From: Squalus acanthias
Taxonomy: Eukaryota
Direction: 5' to 3'
DNA length: 64,000 nt
Assembly: GCA_030390025.1 (NCBI GenBank)
Contig: CM059432.1
Location: 63,180,001 to 63,244,000, forward strand
In this document: piece by piece, positions 1 to 11,316 of the stretch
Layout of the letters: the number at the start of each line of letters is the position of its first letter
How positions within the stretch are numbered: the stretch's first letter is position 1
The notes under the pieces: model-generated
The model's database searches: none
Told to the model about the DNA's origin: nothing
Seen by the model: only the letters and a program-made list of their open reading frames with translations
Translations under genes and position numbers: made by a program

Positions 1-1008
1 CCACGATAGGGTTCCCCTTGTCCTCACCTTTCACCCCACCAGCCTCCACATTCAACGGATCATCCTCCGCCATTTCCGCCACCTCCAGCGTGATCCCACC
101 ACCAAACACATCTTCCCCTCACCTCCCCTTTCAGCATTCCGTAGGGACCGCTCCCTCCGCGACACCCTAGTCCACTCCTCTACCACCCCCAGCACCCCTT
201 CCCCTTCGCCCGGCACCTTCCCGTGCACGCGCAGGAGATGCAACACATGCCCTTATACCTCCCCTCTTCCCACTGTCCAGGGCCCCAAACACCCCTTCCA
301 GGTGAAACAGCGATTTACTTGTACTTCCTGCAATTTAGTATACTGTATTCGCTGCTCACGATGTGGACTCCTCTACATTGGGGAGACCAAACGCAGATTG
401 GGTGACCGCTTTGCGGAACACCTCCGTTCAGTCCGTAAGGGGGACCCCGAGCTCCCGGTGGCCTGTCACTTTAATTCACCGCTTCACTCCCACTCTGACC
501 TCACCGTCCTCGGCCTATTACACTGTTCCACAGAAGCTCAGCGTAAGCTCGAGGAACAGCACCTCATCTTTCGTTTAGGCACGCTACAGCCCTCTGGACT
601 CAATATCGAGTTCAACAATTTTAGATCATAACCTCAGCTCCAATCACATTTATATTTTATTTTATCCACCCTTTTATTTGTCCCCCCCACCTTTTTTTTT
701 TCCTCCTAGAAGCTGGCAGCTGTCCTTCATTCTGCCAGTGGATTTCACACTTCATTCAGCCTTAATCTGTCACATTAACACCACCTCTAGCCTTGCATAT
801 CTCTTAATGTCTCTTAATGTCTCTTCATCTTCCCCTTTGTTCCTTTATCCCCTCCCCCTTTTCCCAGCTTTACCCTGGCCTTAAATCTATTTGATTTCCG
901 GCTCTTCCCAGTTCTGATGAAAGGTCATCGACCTGAAACGTTAACTCTCTTTCTCTCTCCACGGATGCTGCCTGGCCTGCTGAGTTTTTCCAGCGTTTTC
1001 TGTTGTTA
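1..1008 (+). mobile_element. Penelope-like element 3' portion: GIY-YIG endonuclease C-terminus (ORF 302-631) plus 3' tail
   Basis: ORF reads FTCTSCNLVYCIRCSRCGLLYIGETKRRLGDRFAEHLRSV...EQHLIFRLGTLQPSGLN, the PLE-type GIY-YIG motif (VY..YIGET with CxxC insert). The same tail recurs at 6611-7559. Confidence 0.9.
910..946 (+). ncRNA. Minimal type I hammerhead ribozyme motif in the PLE tail
   Basis: AGTT-CTGATGA-A-AGGTC-atc-GACCT-GAAAC-GTT-AACT: CUGAUGA and GAAA cores, stem II AGGTC/GACCT, stem I AGTT/AACT, palindromic ACGT in place of stem III. Confidence 0.8.
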
Positions 1009-1009
1009 T

Positions 1010-1360
1010 ATATAAAAATAAACTTACCTGTCTTTAAAGTCTCTAAAAAAGATATACCTGTAAAAAAAAATTCAAAAAAATACTTAATTCACTACTTACC
1101 TTCTTAAAAGCGGGTCTTACTCTTCCTTTTTACTTTTCCAAAATCTTCCGTACTTACCTGCGCGTCCAAAGCATGAAGTGCACAGCGTGCGCGCAGCCTG
1201 TAGCGCGCACGCGATGCACCGAGGACCCGCCCCCTTTTCAGAAGAGCAATTGCCGGTTTTCAGCGCATGCGCAGGGCATGCAGAAAACCGGCAATTGCAG
1301 TGGGAATAAGCGAGAGTACGCAGTGCGTACTCTCGCGTCCCGGGATCAATTTTCGGCCCA
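1010..1360. mobile_element. Right end of a GC-rich Harbinger-type MITE with two internal hairpins
   Basis: Ends in TIR-like AATTTTCGGCCC; CpG-rich; palindromes at 1246-1298 and 1310-1336. Confidence 0.55.
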
Positions 1361-2330
1361 TTGTCATGCAAGAGATAGTTACCCTGTAATATAAGTCAGG
1401 GTCAATGGCCACAATTTCGCCTACCTATGCGGGTCCGGTGAGGCCGGGGTCGGTGGTGGGGTGCGACCCTGCTGCTGGCTCCATCCCGCTCTGTGAAATG
1501 AATTTTACGCTGATTGGGCTTGTTAAGCCCGCCCAGCACGTTTCCCGGCCAATTAGAGAGAGCGGGTCTGATGATGTCACTTGATGAAGCATCATCAGCC
1601 AGTTTCCTTAAAGGGACCATACACAAATTGATTTTGACAGGTCTGGTGTCAGTGTTCTACAGCATTGAGGTGCTGCAAACACTGACAAGCACTGCACAGA
1701 GGTGCACGGCTGCACCCAGGCTCTCCCAGGACTCACTCCATATGCTTATGGAGGGTGTCATAGCACGCAGGCAGGTCCTCTTCCCTTGCCATGGGCGGAA
1801 GAGACCTCCTCAGGAGATCAGCACAGCCTGGTTGCACATTGCACAGGAGGGCACAAGCAGGGATGTCATCAGGAGGATCAGGCTGCAGTGGCACAAACCT
1901 TTCAATGATCTCAGTAGATCACGAAACGTTACTGCAAAGCCACAGTCAATCTCATCCTGCTGTGCCACTCATCACATCTCCATCACTCTGCCTTCCCTAC
2001 CCTACTCCTGCACATCCTTACTCACACCAACTTACCTTGCACCTCCACCCATCCCTCTTTATCTACATTATCACTTCCCCATCTCACTAGTCACCCCTCA
2101 CAATCACCCTCATTCTAGTCCAATCATACCAACTAACAACACACAAGGGTAGGCAATTGGGTGTTTTAGCCAATGTTCATGTGACGTTTCTGTTAATGTG
2201 CTATCAAACATTGAAATCTTTATTTTCAACACTTTGCGTTCTTGGACAGATTCGTGTGCACCTTTGGAAGTGGCTTAGTGAGTTGCAGTGAATGCTGAGA
2301 CATAACAGTACCCCCCACAATAGTCTTGAG

Positions 2331-3196
2331 CAGCGACCACGACACCACACAACCCTGCCACGGCAACCTCTGCAAGACATGCCAGATCATAAACACAGAC
2401 ACCATCATCACATGTGAGGACACCACCCACCAGGTACATGGTACATACTCATGTGACTCGGCCAACGTTGTCTACCTCATACGTTGCAGGAAAGGATGCC
2501 ACGGAGCACGGTACATCGGCGAGACCATGCAGACACTGAGACAACGTATGAACGAACACCACACAACAATCGCCAGGCAGGAGTGTTCCCTCCCAGTCGG
2601 GGAACACTTCAGCAGTCAAGGACATTCAGCCTCCGATCTTCGGGTAAGCGTTCTCCAAGGCGGCCTTCGAGACACACGACAACGCAAAATCGTCAAGCAG
2701 AAACTGATAGCCAAGTTCCGCACCCATGAGGACGGCCTCAACCGGGATCTTGGGTTCATGTCACGCTACATGTAACCCCACCTGACGTAGAGTCATCCAG
2801 ACTCGAGTCGTCGTTGGCTTGTTCTCTCGACACAGATGCGGCCAGACCTGCTGTGATTTCCAGCAAAAAAAAGTTTTTTGTTTTCCATACAGACCCCAGC
2901 ATCTGCCACAATTGACCCCTTGTGACCCCACCTCATTGTCTTTGATGTAATGTTTTCCTGACTGACCTGTTTGGATACCATCCAAACCTTTGATTGCCGT
3001 GATTATCTCTCTGCCGAGGTGTGATAAAGGGCAGTTAGAAAGATTAACTGTAATCATCTGGCAGTGTTCTCTGACTATATATGCTGTGCCTATATGCATC
3101 TCTTCACTTCACCTGACGAAGGAGCAGCGCTCCGAAAGCTTGTGATTTCAAATAAAGCTGTTGGACTATAACCTGGTGTTGTGCGACTTCTCACAT
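2331..3196 (+). mobile_element. Second Penelope-like family: GIY-YIG fragment (2326-2775) plus 3' tail
   Basis: CKTCQII...YSCDSANVVYLIRCRKGCHGARYIGETMQTLRQRMNEH...GLNRD; possible TTGAG TSD at 2326-2330 and 3197-3201. Confidence 0.88.
3109..3145 (+). ncRNA. Minimal hammerhead ribozyme motif of the second PLE family
   Basis: TCAC-CTGACGA-A-GGAGC-agc-GCTCC-GAAAG-CTT-GTGA: stem I TCAC/GTGA, stem II GGAGC/GCTCC, palindromic AAGCTT. Confidence 0.8.
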
Positions 3197-3826
3197 TTGA
3201 GTGTGAAAGGAATGGCTTGGGCATTGTAGGGATGCTTTATGGTGTTGGTGTGGCGTGGTGCCAACCTGGTGCATCATGTGGCAGCCAGAGTGTACAGCGT
3301 CAAGTGAAGTAAATCTGGCTATGGTGAGGCCATCCCTGGTGTCCCGGGCAGCAATGTGGTCGGGTGCTGATGCCCTGTGTTCTGTGCAGCACCAGCTGAT
3401 TGCAGAGAAAGTTGGTGTTGATGTTGGTGCTGCTGGTGTGCCTGGAGCTACTGGTGTTGGGGCTGATCGTGGTGGGATTCTGAGGACAAGGTGAGATTTT
3501 TTCAAGGGCACCGATGCTGATGGAATAGATGGCGGGTGAGGTTTAGATGACAGAAGCAATCTGTCAATGGTGAAAGGTTGTTCCAATGAGGTGACAGTGG
3601 ATAGAGAGTTTGCTCCAAACACTTGCACGCTGCATAAAGCTCAATCTGTCTTCCAAATGCAGTAAGCAACAGCTTCTAACCTTGGGATAGTGAACACCTA
3701 TGAAATGGGAGCTTTTATAGACCATTTGCAGCTGTCAAGTAAAGAAATCATCCCATGCTGACACAACACCCGACCTCCTTACCTGACGTGATCCCCGAGC
3801 AGTGAGGAAGCTGTTGGCGAACTCTA

Positions 3827-6547
3827 GGCCGCGAATTTTCACCTGGAGGCAGGATGGTGGTGGGTCCACTGTTCGGCGGGTTCCGGACCCGCTCCCGGTT
3901 CCTGCCGCCTTGCAGTTGAAATCTTCCGTTGATTGGCCTCGTTAAGGTCGACGTGCGGGTTCTCCAAGGCAATTGCTGGGTGTGGGTCAGCTGCTCGCGT
4001 CTGATGAAGCGATGTTGGACTGATTATTTAAAGGGGTCATGTTCCCTCTGCAGATTCATTTCCGTTTTGTTCCCTGAAGTGGCTGCTGCAGGTATGGCAG
4101 TGCCAAAACCTAAGGCTGCTCCCCGCTTCGACGCGGACTCCCTCCATGCAGGGAGGGAGTAAGAGGACGGAAGGAGGAGGCCTCCTCAGCATACCAAGGC
4201 AGCTTGGCTGCAAATAGTTGAGGAGGTCAGTTCGAGGTCAGTCTGCACACGCATCTATTGTAATCAGCAAAATTGAGTATAACATCACACTTACCTTCCA
4301 TCTGCCTCCCATCTCTTCTCACCCCCACACTCTGCATTGGCAACCTTCCCCTGCACATCCCAACTCACCCTAACATCCCTTGCACCCTCACCCATCCCTC
4401 TCTTTCTCTGTACAGAATCATGTCACCATCTTACTATGCACCACTCACACTCTTATGCAATGCCAACAACTAACAACGCACAGGGAGGGAACTTGGTTTG
4501 TGCACCTCACTCCTTCATAGCCTCGCTCTAAACATCTATGTCATTCATTCTTAACACTCACTCCATCAATCTCTCTCAAACTCCACTTGTGTCCCTCATT
4601 ACAGAAGAAGAAAGCCCACAATAAAAGGGAGAGGGGGAGGACAGGAGGAAGCCCACCATCCCTGGCGCGCCTAACGAGCGCTGAGGAGGCAGACCTGGAG
4701 ATTATCGGAGGTGCAGAGGAGTTGGAAGTGGGGGACAGAGAGACGGGCATAGAACAGCAAGCTGGTGACAGAATTGATTTCCAACCCTCTGATTTAGCAG
4801 TCATGAGTGACTAATATGGGAGATGATGTTCATAGAGATTGAGTACTGAGCATCTGCACAATGGGATGTGTCTGCAACATACATTTCACTTGTCTAACTC
4901 ATGCCTTTACTCCCCCACTCCCCGCTGTCCAGGAGGAAGAGCAGGAGCACTCCTCAGAGGAACCACCAGCCTCTGAGGGAGCAGCGTCACCAACATTCAG
5001 CACACCCAGCACCAGCGCAGAGACGCACACCTCGGTGGGTTTTGTGCGAGATAGAGTAGTGTTGTCACCTGGTGTATCACAGCTCACAAGTGAGCAGGAG
5101 CAGATGTTGGAGACAGGTATAGCAGTGGAGAGTCCTCGTCAGAGGATGCAGGGCGCTCCCAGCTCTGCTCAGCTGCATGTAGACGCTGAGCCTCTGGGGC
5201 CATCCAGAAAGGGAGCGGTGCTGGAGCTTCAGGAACAAGTGCAGGAGGCTCTGTGTGGATTTGCTTCCACGGTAACTGTGAGTGTGCAGAGACTGGAGGA
5301 GTCCATCTTAAACATTAGCAATGCCGTGTTGAACGCTATGGGCAATCTAGGTGCCACCATGGGAAGGATGGCAACCTCCATGGAGGACTTAACTCGCCAG
5401 ACGCAAGCCAACCTGGTGGCTCTTCTAGATATGGCAGCTATGGAGAATAGAAGGCCATCTATCGTGGAGAGGAACCAGAGGTACATGGACGTCTCGGTTA
5501 TGAGGACTGTCAGTACAGAGACGGGTCCTCATGGCCCCACCGATGTGCAGCAAGGTGCTCTCCAGCAACTTGCTAGCAGTGAAGTGCGGGTGACCCATGA
5601 GAGGGTCGGTGGTGTTCGAGCACAAGGAAGTGGGGGCTCCTCTCCAAGCGCTCACACTCCCTTGCCACTGCCGAGCCCTCGGTCAGAGCCCCATCTGCCT
5701 GAGCCAGCAGAGATGGCCGAGTCTGCCCCTGCACAGCCGCAGGAGGAGCAGACTTTGGCGGGGCCCTCCAAGGCTCCCAAAACCAGAGGACAGCCGCCAA
5801 AGGCGTCTAAGCAGGAGCAGCAGGGAAGTGAGTAGGCTGCCTCCACATATGCTGAAGCCACAGGGGTCTCACAACGTAGAAGCACGCGTAAGAGGAAGAT
5901 GTCACGTTAATAATCACAAGGGTTCTCACTTGGGTGTTATGATAGATTTATTTGTAAAGTTTCTGTTCTTTGCCAATATTGTAATAAATTGATGTAGAAC
6001 GAAGATTTGGCATCGTTGCCATATGTGTGCTGACAATTTGAGGTGGCACAGTTTAGGGTAAGTGTGCCTTTAAAATCCAGCAATGCAGGTTACAGTGGAT
6101 CGATAGTGCACAACACATACTTGCAGCCTAAACACAGAATATGCCCCCCAAATTATTCAATCACCAACCTGACAGATTTCATAATGACAAGATTTGAGAG
6201 TGCAGCTTTTACACTGCAGTTGCAGCTGTGAAGTCTCCAGCTCGCTGGTGTTCACGCCACACTTACCTGGCATGTTGTTGGAACGTCGTGAAACCCGACC
6301 CAGAAGCTGGAAAATCCAAAAACCCTGTGAAAATAGCTCTAAACTACCACTTAATAGGCAGTTAAATGCCTTTAATCCCTTTCCTGCTGCTTGGTGTCGG
6401 GTCCGTTTGCAAATCGGAGACCCGACATTCAGGAACGTTGCGTGGAGGTGGGATCACGGCAGGTTCGGAACCCGCCGTCAGTCATTGCAAATTTAACCTC
6501 TGACCCGCCTCCAATCCTGCACTCTGAGTGCCGGCAAAATTCTGGCC
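3827..6547 (+). mobile_element. Nested non-autonomous Harbinger element carrying a three-exon Myb/SANT-like gene and no transposase
   Basis: TIRs GGCCGCGAATTTT / AAAATTCTGGCC, flanks CTA/TTA; MAVPKPKAAPRFDADSL at 4094; exon 4605-4764 (KKKAHNKRERGRTGG..LTSAEE); long last exon to 5835. Confidence 0.75.
4094..5835 (+). pseudogene. Harbinger Myb/SANT-like (MADF/MSANTD-type) accessory gene; exon 1 internally deleted, last exon (4933-5835) open
   Basis: Motif similarity to the other copies in the window; acceptors ttacag (4604) and tgtccag (4932); ORF track 4861-5835 with acidic/Ser-rich and coiled-coil-like segments. Confidence 0.65.
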
Positions 6548-6673
6548 TTATCTAAAGGTGAGCTTAAAATAGTTTTTAAATGCTTGTTAACAAGCTCTTA
6601 ATAATCTAAAATAACAACAGAAAACGCTGGAAAAACTCAGCAGGCCAGGCAGCATCCGTGGAGAGAGAAAGAG

Positions 6674-6710
6674 AGTTGACGTTTCAGGTCGATGACCTTT
6701 CATCAGAACT
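6674..6710 (-). ncRNA. Hammerhead ribozyme motif, minus-strand copy with GUC site
   Basis: Plus strand AGTTGACGTTTCAGGTCGATGACCTTTCATCAGAACT is the reverse complement of AGTTCTGATGAAAGGTCATCGACCTGAAACGTCAACT. Confidence 0.8.
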
Positions 6711-7424
6711 GGGAAGAGCTGGAAATCAAATAGATTTAAGGCCAGGGTAAAGCTGGGAAAAGGGGGAGGGGATAAAGGAACAAAGGAGGAGATGAAGAGA
6801 CATTAAGAGACATTAAGAGATATGCAAGGCTAGAGGTGGTGTTAATGTAACAGATTAAGGCTGAATGAAGTGTGAAATCTACTGGCAGAATGAAGGACAG
6901 CTGCCAGCTTCTAGGAGGAAAAAAAAGGTGGGGGGGACAAATAAAAGGGTGGATGAAATAAAATATAAATGTGATTGGAGCTGAGGTTATGATCTAAAAT
7001 TGTTGAACTCGATATTGAGTCCAGAGGGCTGTAGCGTGCCTAAACGAAAGATGAGGTGCTGTTCCTCGAGCTTACGCTGAGCTTCCGAGGAACAGTGTAT
7101 TAGGCCGAGGACGGTGAGGTCAGAGTGGGAGTGAAGCGGTGAATTAAAGTGACAGGCCACCGGGAGCTCGGGGTCCCCCTTACGGACTGAACGGAGGTGT
7201 TCCGCAAAGCGGTCACCCAATCTGCGTTTGGCAGCTGTCCTTCATTCTGCCAGTAGATTTCACACTTCATTCAGCCTTAATCTGTTACATTAACACCACC
7301 TCTAGCCTTGCATATCTCTTAATGTCTCTTAATGTCTCTTCATCTCCTCCTTTGTTCCTTTATCCCCTCCCCCTTTTCCCAGCTTTACCCTGGCCTTAAA
7401 TCTATTTGATTTCCAGCTCTTCCC

Positions 7425-7461
7425 AGTTCTGATGAAAGGTCATCGACCTGAAACGTCAACT
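7425..7461 (+). ncRNA. Hammerhead ribozyme motif, plus-strand copy with GUC site
   Basis: AGTT-CTGATGA-A-AGGTC-atc-GACCT-GAAAC-GTC-AACT. Confidence 0.8.
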
Positions 7462-8179
7462 CTCTTTCTCTCTCCACGGATGCTGCCTGGCCTGCTGAGT
7501 TTTTCCAGCGTTTTCTGTTGTTATTTCGGATTTCCAGCATCTGCAGTATTTTGCTATCGTCTTAATAATCTAAACTGCCTCCCCAGCCGCTTGCTGTCGG
7601 CTCTGTTCAGCGATGACAGACCCGACATCTGGGAAACTAGCGTGGAGGTGGGTTGACAGCGGATTCCTTAACCTCTGTCAAAAAAATGTTTTTCCCAGCC
7701 GACCCGCCAACAAATGCGCCCGCTGACCCCCTGAAAAATCCCCCCCAATGTGTACACAGAGAACAGAACAGATACCTGTGGGTATTCACTTCCAACCACT
7801 CTGAGAAACTGCCCTTACCTTCCTTCTAACCACGTTTTAATCCAATTAGCTACACTTCCCCAATTCCATAGCCCTTACTCTTTTCTGTGTGGTACCTTGT
7901 CAAAGGCTTTCTGAAACGATGTGCAGCTATTATTGCTGCATTTCTTCATGGTAACAATTGATTTTTGTTCTTGATGTTATATATCCTGAGACATATTCAT
8001 TCATGTTATTCAGCTTTTTGGGAACACGAGGTGTATTCTGGATCGTAAAGAATGTACGAAAAAATTCTTAACACTGTTGAAAGGCTGTTGGTGATAACGC
8101 TCATATGCCAGAGATCTCTTGAGTGGATTTCGAATGTTGACTTTTTCGTTGTTACGTATGTGCTGTCTCATTTTTAAAA

Positions 8180-8497
8180 AATTCATTCTCGGCATATGGG
8201 CATCACTAGCAAGGCCAGCATTTATTGCCCATCCCTAGCTGCCCTTGAGAAGGTGGTGGTGAGCTGTCTTATTGAACCGTTGCAGTCCGTGTGGTGAAGT
8301 GCTGTTAGGTAGGGAGTTCCAGGATTTTGACCCAGTGACGATGAACGAACGGTGATATATGCCCAAGTCCAGATGGTGTGTAACTTGGAGATGGTGGTGT
8401 TCCCACGCGCCTGCTGCCCTTGTCCTTCTAGGTGGTAGAGGTCGCCGGTTTGGGAGGTGCTGTCGAAGAAGCTTTGGCGAGTTGCTGCATGGTGCAT
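8180..8497 (-). mobile_element. CR1-type LINE 3' fragment (family B)
   Basis: Near-identical to 40050-40400; translation includes RSFIVTGSKSWNSLPN...HHHLLKG. Confidence 0.8.
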
Positions 8498-9319
8498 TCA
8501 TTATAACATACACCTCAATTTAACACATAAAGTTCTTGATCATCACAAGCCATATTGTAACTGTGCTTCCTGTCAAGCTTATGATGGAAAATATCTTAAC
8601 TTGTTTGTGATTTGGTCACTTATAATCTTCCTCACCCCTGAGCAAGACAACAGGATATTCTCATAATAGGGTTTTACTGTTCTTTATCCTCTTAACGGAA
8701 GGGTGTCCCTCAGAAGTTTAGAGTACGTTATTATAATACTAGTTGGAACTAATGTATTACACACTATGAGCACAATAAATTTGTGTGTACAGACATTAGA
8801 TGCATACTAGAAAATGCTTTGATTTGTCAGGTATATTTGAATGAATTTAAAAATTATTTCAGTCTAATAAATAGAAAAGAAAAATATTTAAACAAATGTT
8901 AACAATAACCGCAATACAAGAAACCGAATAGACTGCCATGGACAGCAGAGAAGTAAAGCTGCTATCTGTGTAGATTGAAATCAAATTGTCAGCATTGTGG
9001 TGTGTCTGATAAACTAACACACAACAGACAAGTCGGATACAGTCTGATCTTGCGTCATTGTAAATGAAGATATGCATAACATTTACATTTTGAATTAATC
9101 CTAAAGACTCAGGAACCTGTTGAGATATTTGCGAATATAGGCATGAATATGCCATAAAAGGAGATTTGCCTTGAAATTCTGACTCGTGATTGAAAAAAAA
9201 GTGTGAAGGATTTTTTTAACGAGCCAGCAGTCTTTGGAACAAACCCCCAGTAACAGACCAAAGCAGTGGTGTGAATCTCAACTGTGCATACCTTTGTTAA
9301 CTTTAATGAAGTTAATGAA

Positions 9320-10700
9320 AATTTGATCCCTGAGTTTAAACTCAGGGTGGGTATCGGACGGGTGAGGGTGGAGGGGGGGGGGGGGGGTGCGGTGGGGGGG
9401 TGGTGGTGGCGAGGCGAGGGGCAAGTTCTCATGACATCACCAGCACGAGGCCCGGGTGATTTTGACTCCTGGTCCTCATTTTAATATGGTTGCTGGGCTG
9501 CCCACCTGGTGTTAGAAAATGGGCAGCCTGCCCACTTTCGTGGCACAATTTACGGCCGGCCTATTAAAAGTGGGATTGCACCTCTTAAAGCGAGGTTGCA
9601 TTCCCTGCTTTCAGATTTCTTGGCAACACTGTGGACAGAATGCTAAGGGCAGTACTGAGTCACAGAGCTGCCCCAGGTTTTCTAATGCCTCTGTAGAATT
9701 CCTGTTGCAGGAGTTCAGGGCAAGGAGGGATGTACTGTTTCCCAGCACCCACAGGAGCATCCTGAGGGAAACTATCCAGCAGGCCCGGGCAGAGGTGGGT
9801 GAGAGGGGCAGTGCCACCAGCATCACCCCCAGGACTTGGGTTCAATGTAGGAAACGCTTCGATTACTTCAAAAGAGCAGAAAGGATGAGTACAGTTCTAC
9901 ATCTCTCTATCTCTCTCAACACCTGCCAACACTCCTTTCACCCCCTCCCCCACCACTCTCTCTTCTCTATCACATCCTTCAACATACAATCACAAGGGCA
10001 CACTGCAACGCCTCTCTTCGTCATTCCAATAAGGATGTACCCAGAACGTAAGCTGAGGAAGGACCAGGCATGCTTTAAATAGGAGGATCCTGTTCCTGCA
10101 CCAGCAAAGTAATGAGCCACTTGGTTCCCTGCACGGCACGCTGGAAGGTTGCATCCAGCTCACTAACACCAAATGCCAACATTACGAATGCCATCATGAA
10201 AGCATTGTCAAGCTGAAGAATGCCATTCGCACCATGGCAATGCCAGTGCCATCTGTAGTGGAGACAGTGGGTACATGCAGGAATAGTGTAATAAGGGCCT
10301 CTCTCATGGATGCTTCTGCCACTGTCAATGTGCTACAAGTAACAATCAAAGACGTAACCGTTAACAGCTTTTACTAATTCAGAACAGATTGCAGTCAAGT
10401 ATTATGATGAGATTCAGGGACCATGTGGCAGAATACTCCTTTACTCTGCTTCAAGGTTTCCCCAGACACGTCTGCACCTTTTATGAAGACTCACCCTCAA
10501 AAAGTACCATTAATGCAGCACGACAATTGTCCCATATGTTCCCCATAATACGTTAGGGCCTTCAACTGCATATTGCTGCAGTAATTGTTGAGCTGTCAAG
10601 GTCATAGAGAAAGCATTCCAGCAGAATCCCAAAGAACTACTCAGCAGACTTTGCAACCCGCTCCACCACTTCCTCCCTCCATTAGAAGTTCAGGTAGAAA
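9320..10700 (+). mobile_element. Degenerate Harbinger derivative with Myb/SANT exon (~9640-9885)
   Basis: PRFSNASVEFLLQEFRARRDVLFP...RTWVQCRKRFDYFKR; GC-rich left end; boundaries approximate. Confidence 0.65.
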
Positions 10701-10709
10701 TCTTGCTAG

Positions 10710-11316
10710 GAAGTCTTGCTACAATTGTACAGGGCCTTGGTAAGACCACACCTGGAGTACTGTGCTCAGTTTTGGTCTCCTTATCTAAGGAAAGATATAC
10801 TTGCCTTGGAGGCGGTACAATGAAGATTCACTAGATTAATTCCTGGGATGAGAGGGCTGTCCTATGATGAGAGATTGTATAGAATGGGCCTATACTCTCT
10901 GGAGTTTAGAGGAATGAGAGGTGATCTCATTGAAACATACAAGATTCTGAAGGAGATTGACAGGGTAGATGCTGAGAGGTTGTTTCCCCTGGCTGAAGTG
11001 TCTAGAACTAGGGGGCATAGTCTCAGGATAAGGGGTAGGCCATTTAAGACTGAGATGCGGAGGAATTTCTTCACTCAGAGGGTTGTGAATCTTTGGAATT
11101 CTCTACCCCAGAGGGCTGTGAATGCTGAGTCTTTGAGTATATTCAAGGCTGAGATAGATAGATTTTTGGACTCTAGGGGAATAAAGGGATATGGAGATCG
11201 GGCGGGAAAATGGAGTTGAGGTCGATGATCAGCCATGATCTTATTGAATGGCGGAGCAGGCTCGAGGGGCCGTATGGCCTACTCCTGCTCCTATTTCTTA
11301 CGTTCTTATGTTCTTA
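10710..11316 (+). mobile_element. CR1 LINE 3' end (family A) with stem-loop and (TTCTTATG)n-like tail
   Basis: [57 protein letters not shown]; tail ttcttacgttcttatgttctta. Confidence 0.92.

Larger units (their letters stand above)
6611..7559 (-). mobile_element. Penelope-like insertion with an inverted terminal segment and a 15-bp TSD
   Basis: 6611-7230 is the reverse complement of the element at 1-1008 (GIY-YIG end 6987-7220); 7231-7523 is an inverted copy of ~6611-6905; TCTTAATAATCTAAA duplicated at 6596-6610 and 7560-7574. Confidence 0.92.
1407..7746 (+). mobile_element. Outer PIF/Harbinger-derived element (degenerate Myb/SANT exon at ~1690-1925) hosting three nested insertions
   Basis: Starts GGCCACAATTT, ends AAAAATCCCCCCC, flanked by AAT/AAT; translation AAPRLSQDSLHMLMEGVIARRQVLFP...WLHIAQE...QWHKPFNDL. 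Confidence 0.6.

Noticed and set aside
8014..8154. Possible plus-strand exon (ttattcag ... gtatgt)
   Set aside because: All three frames closed
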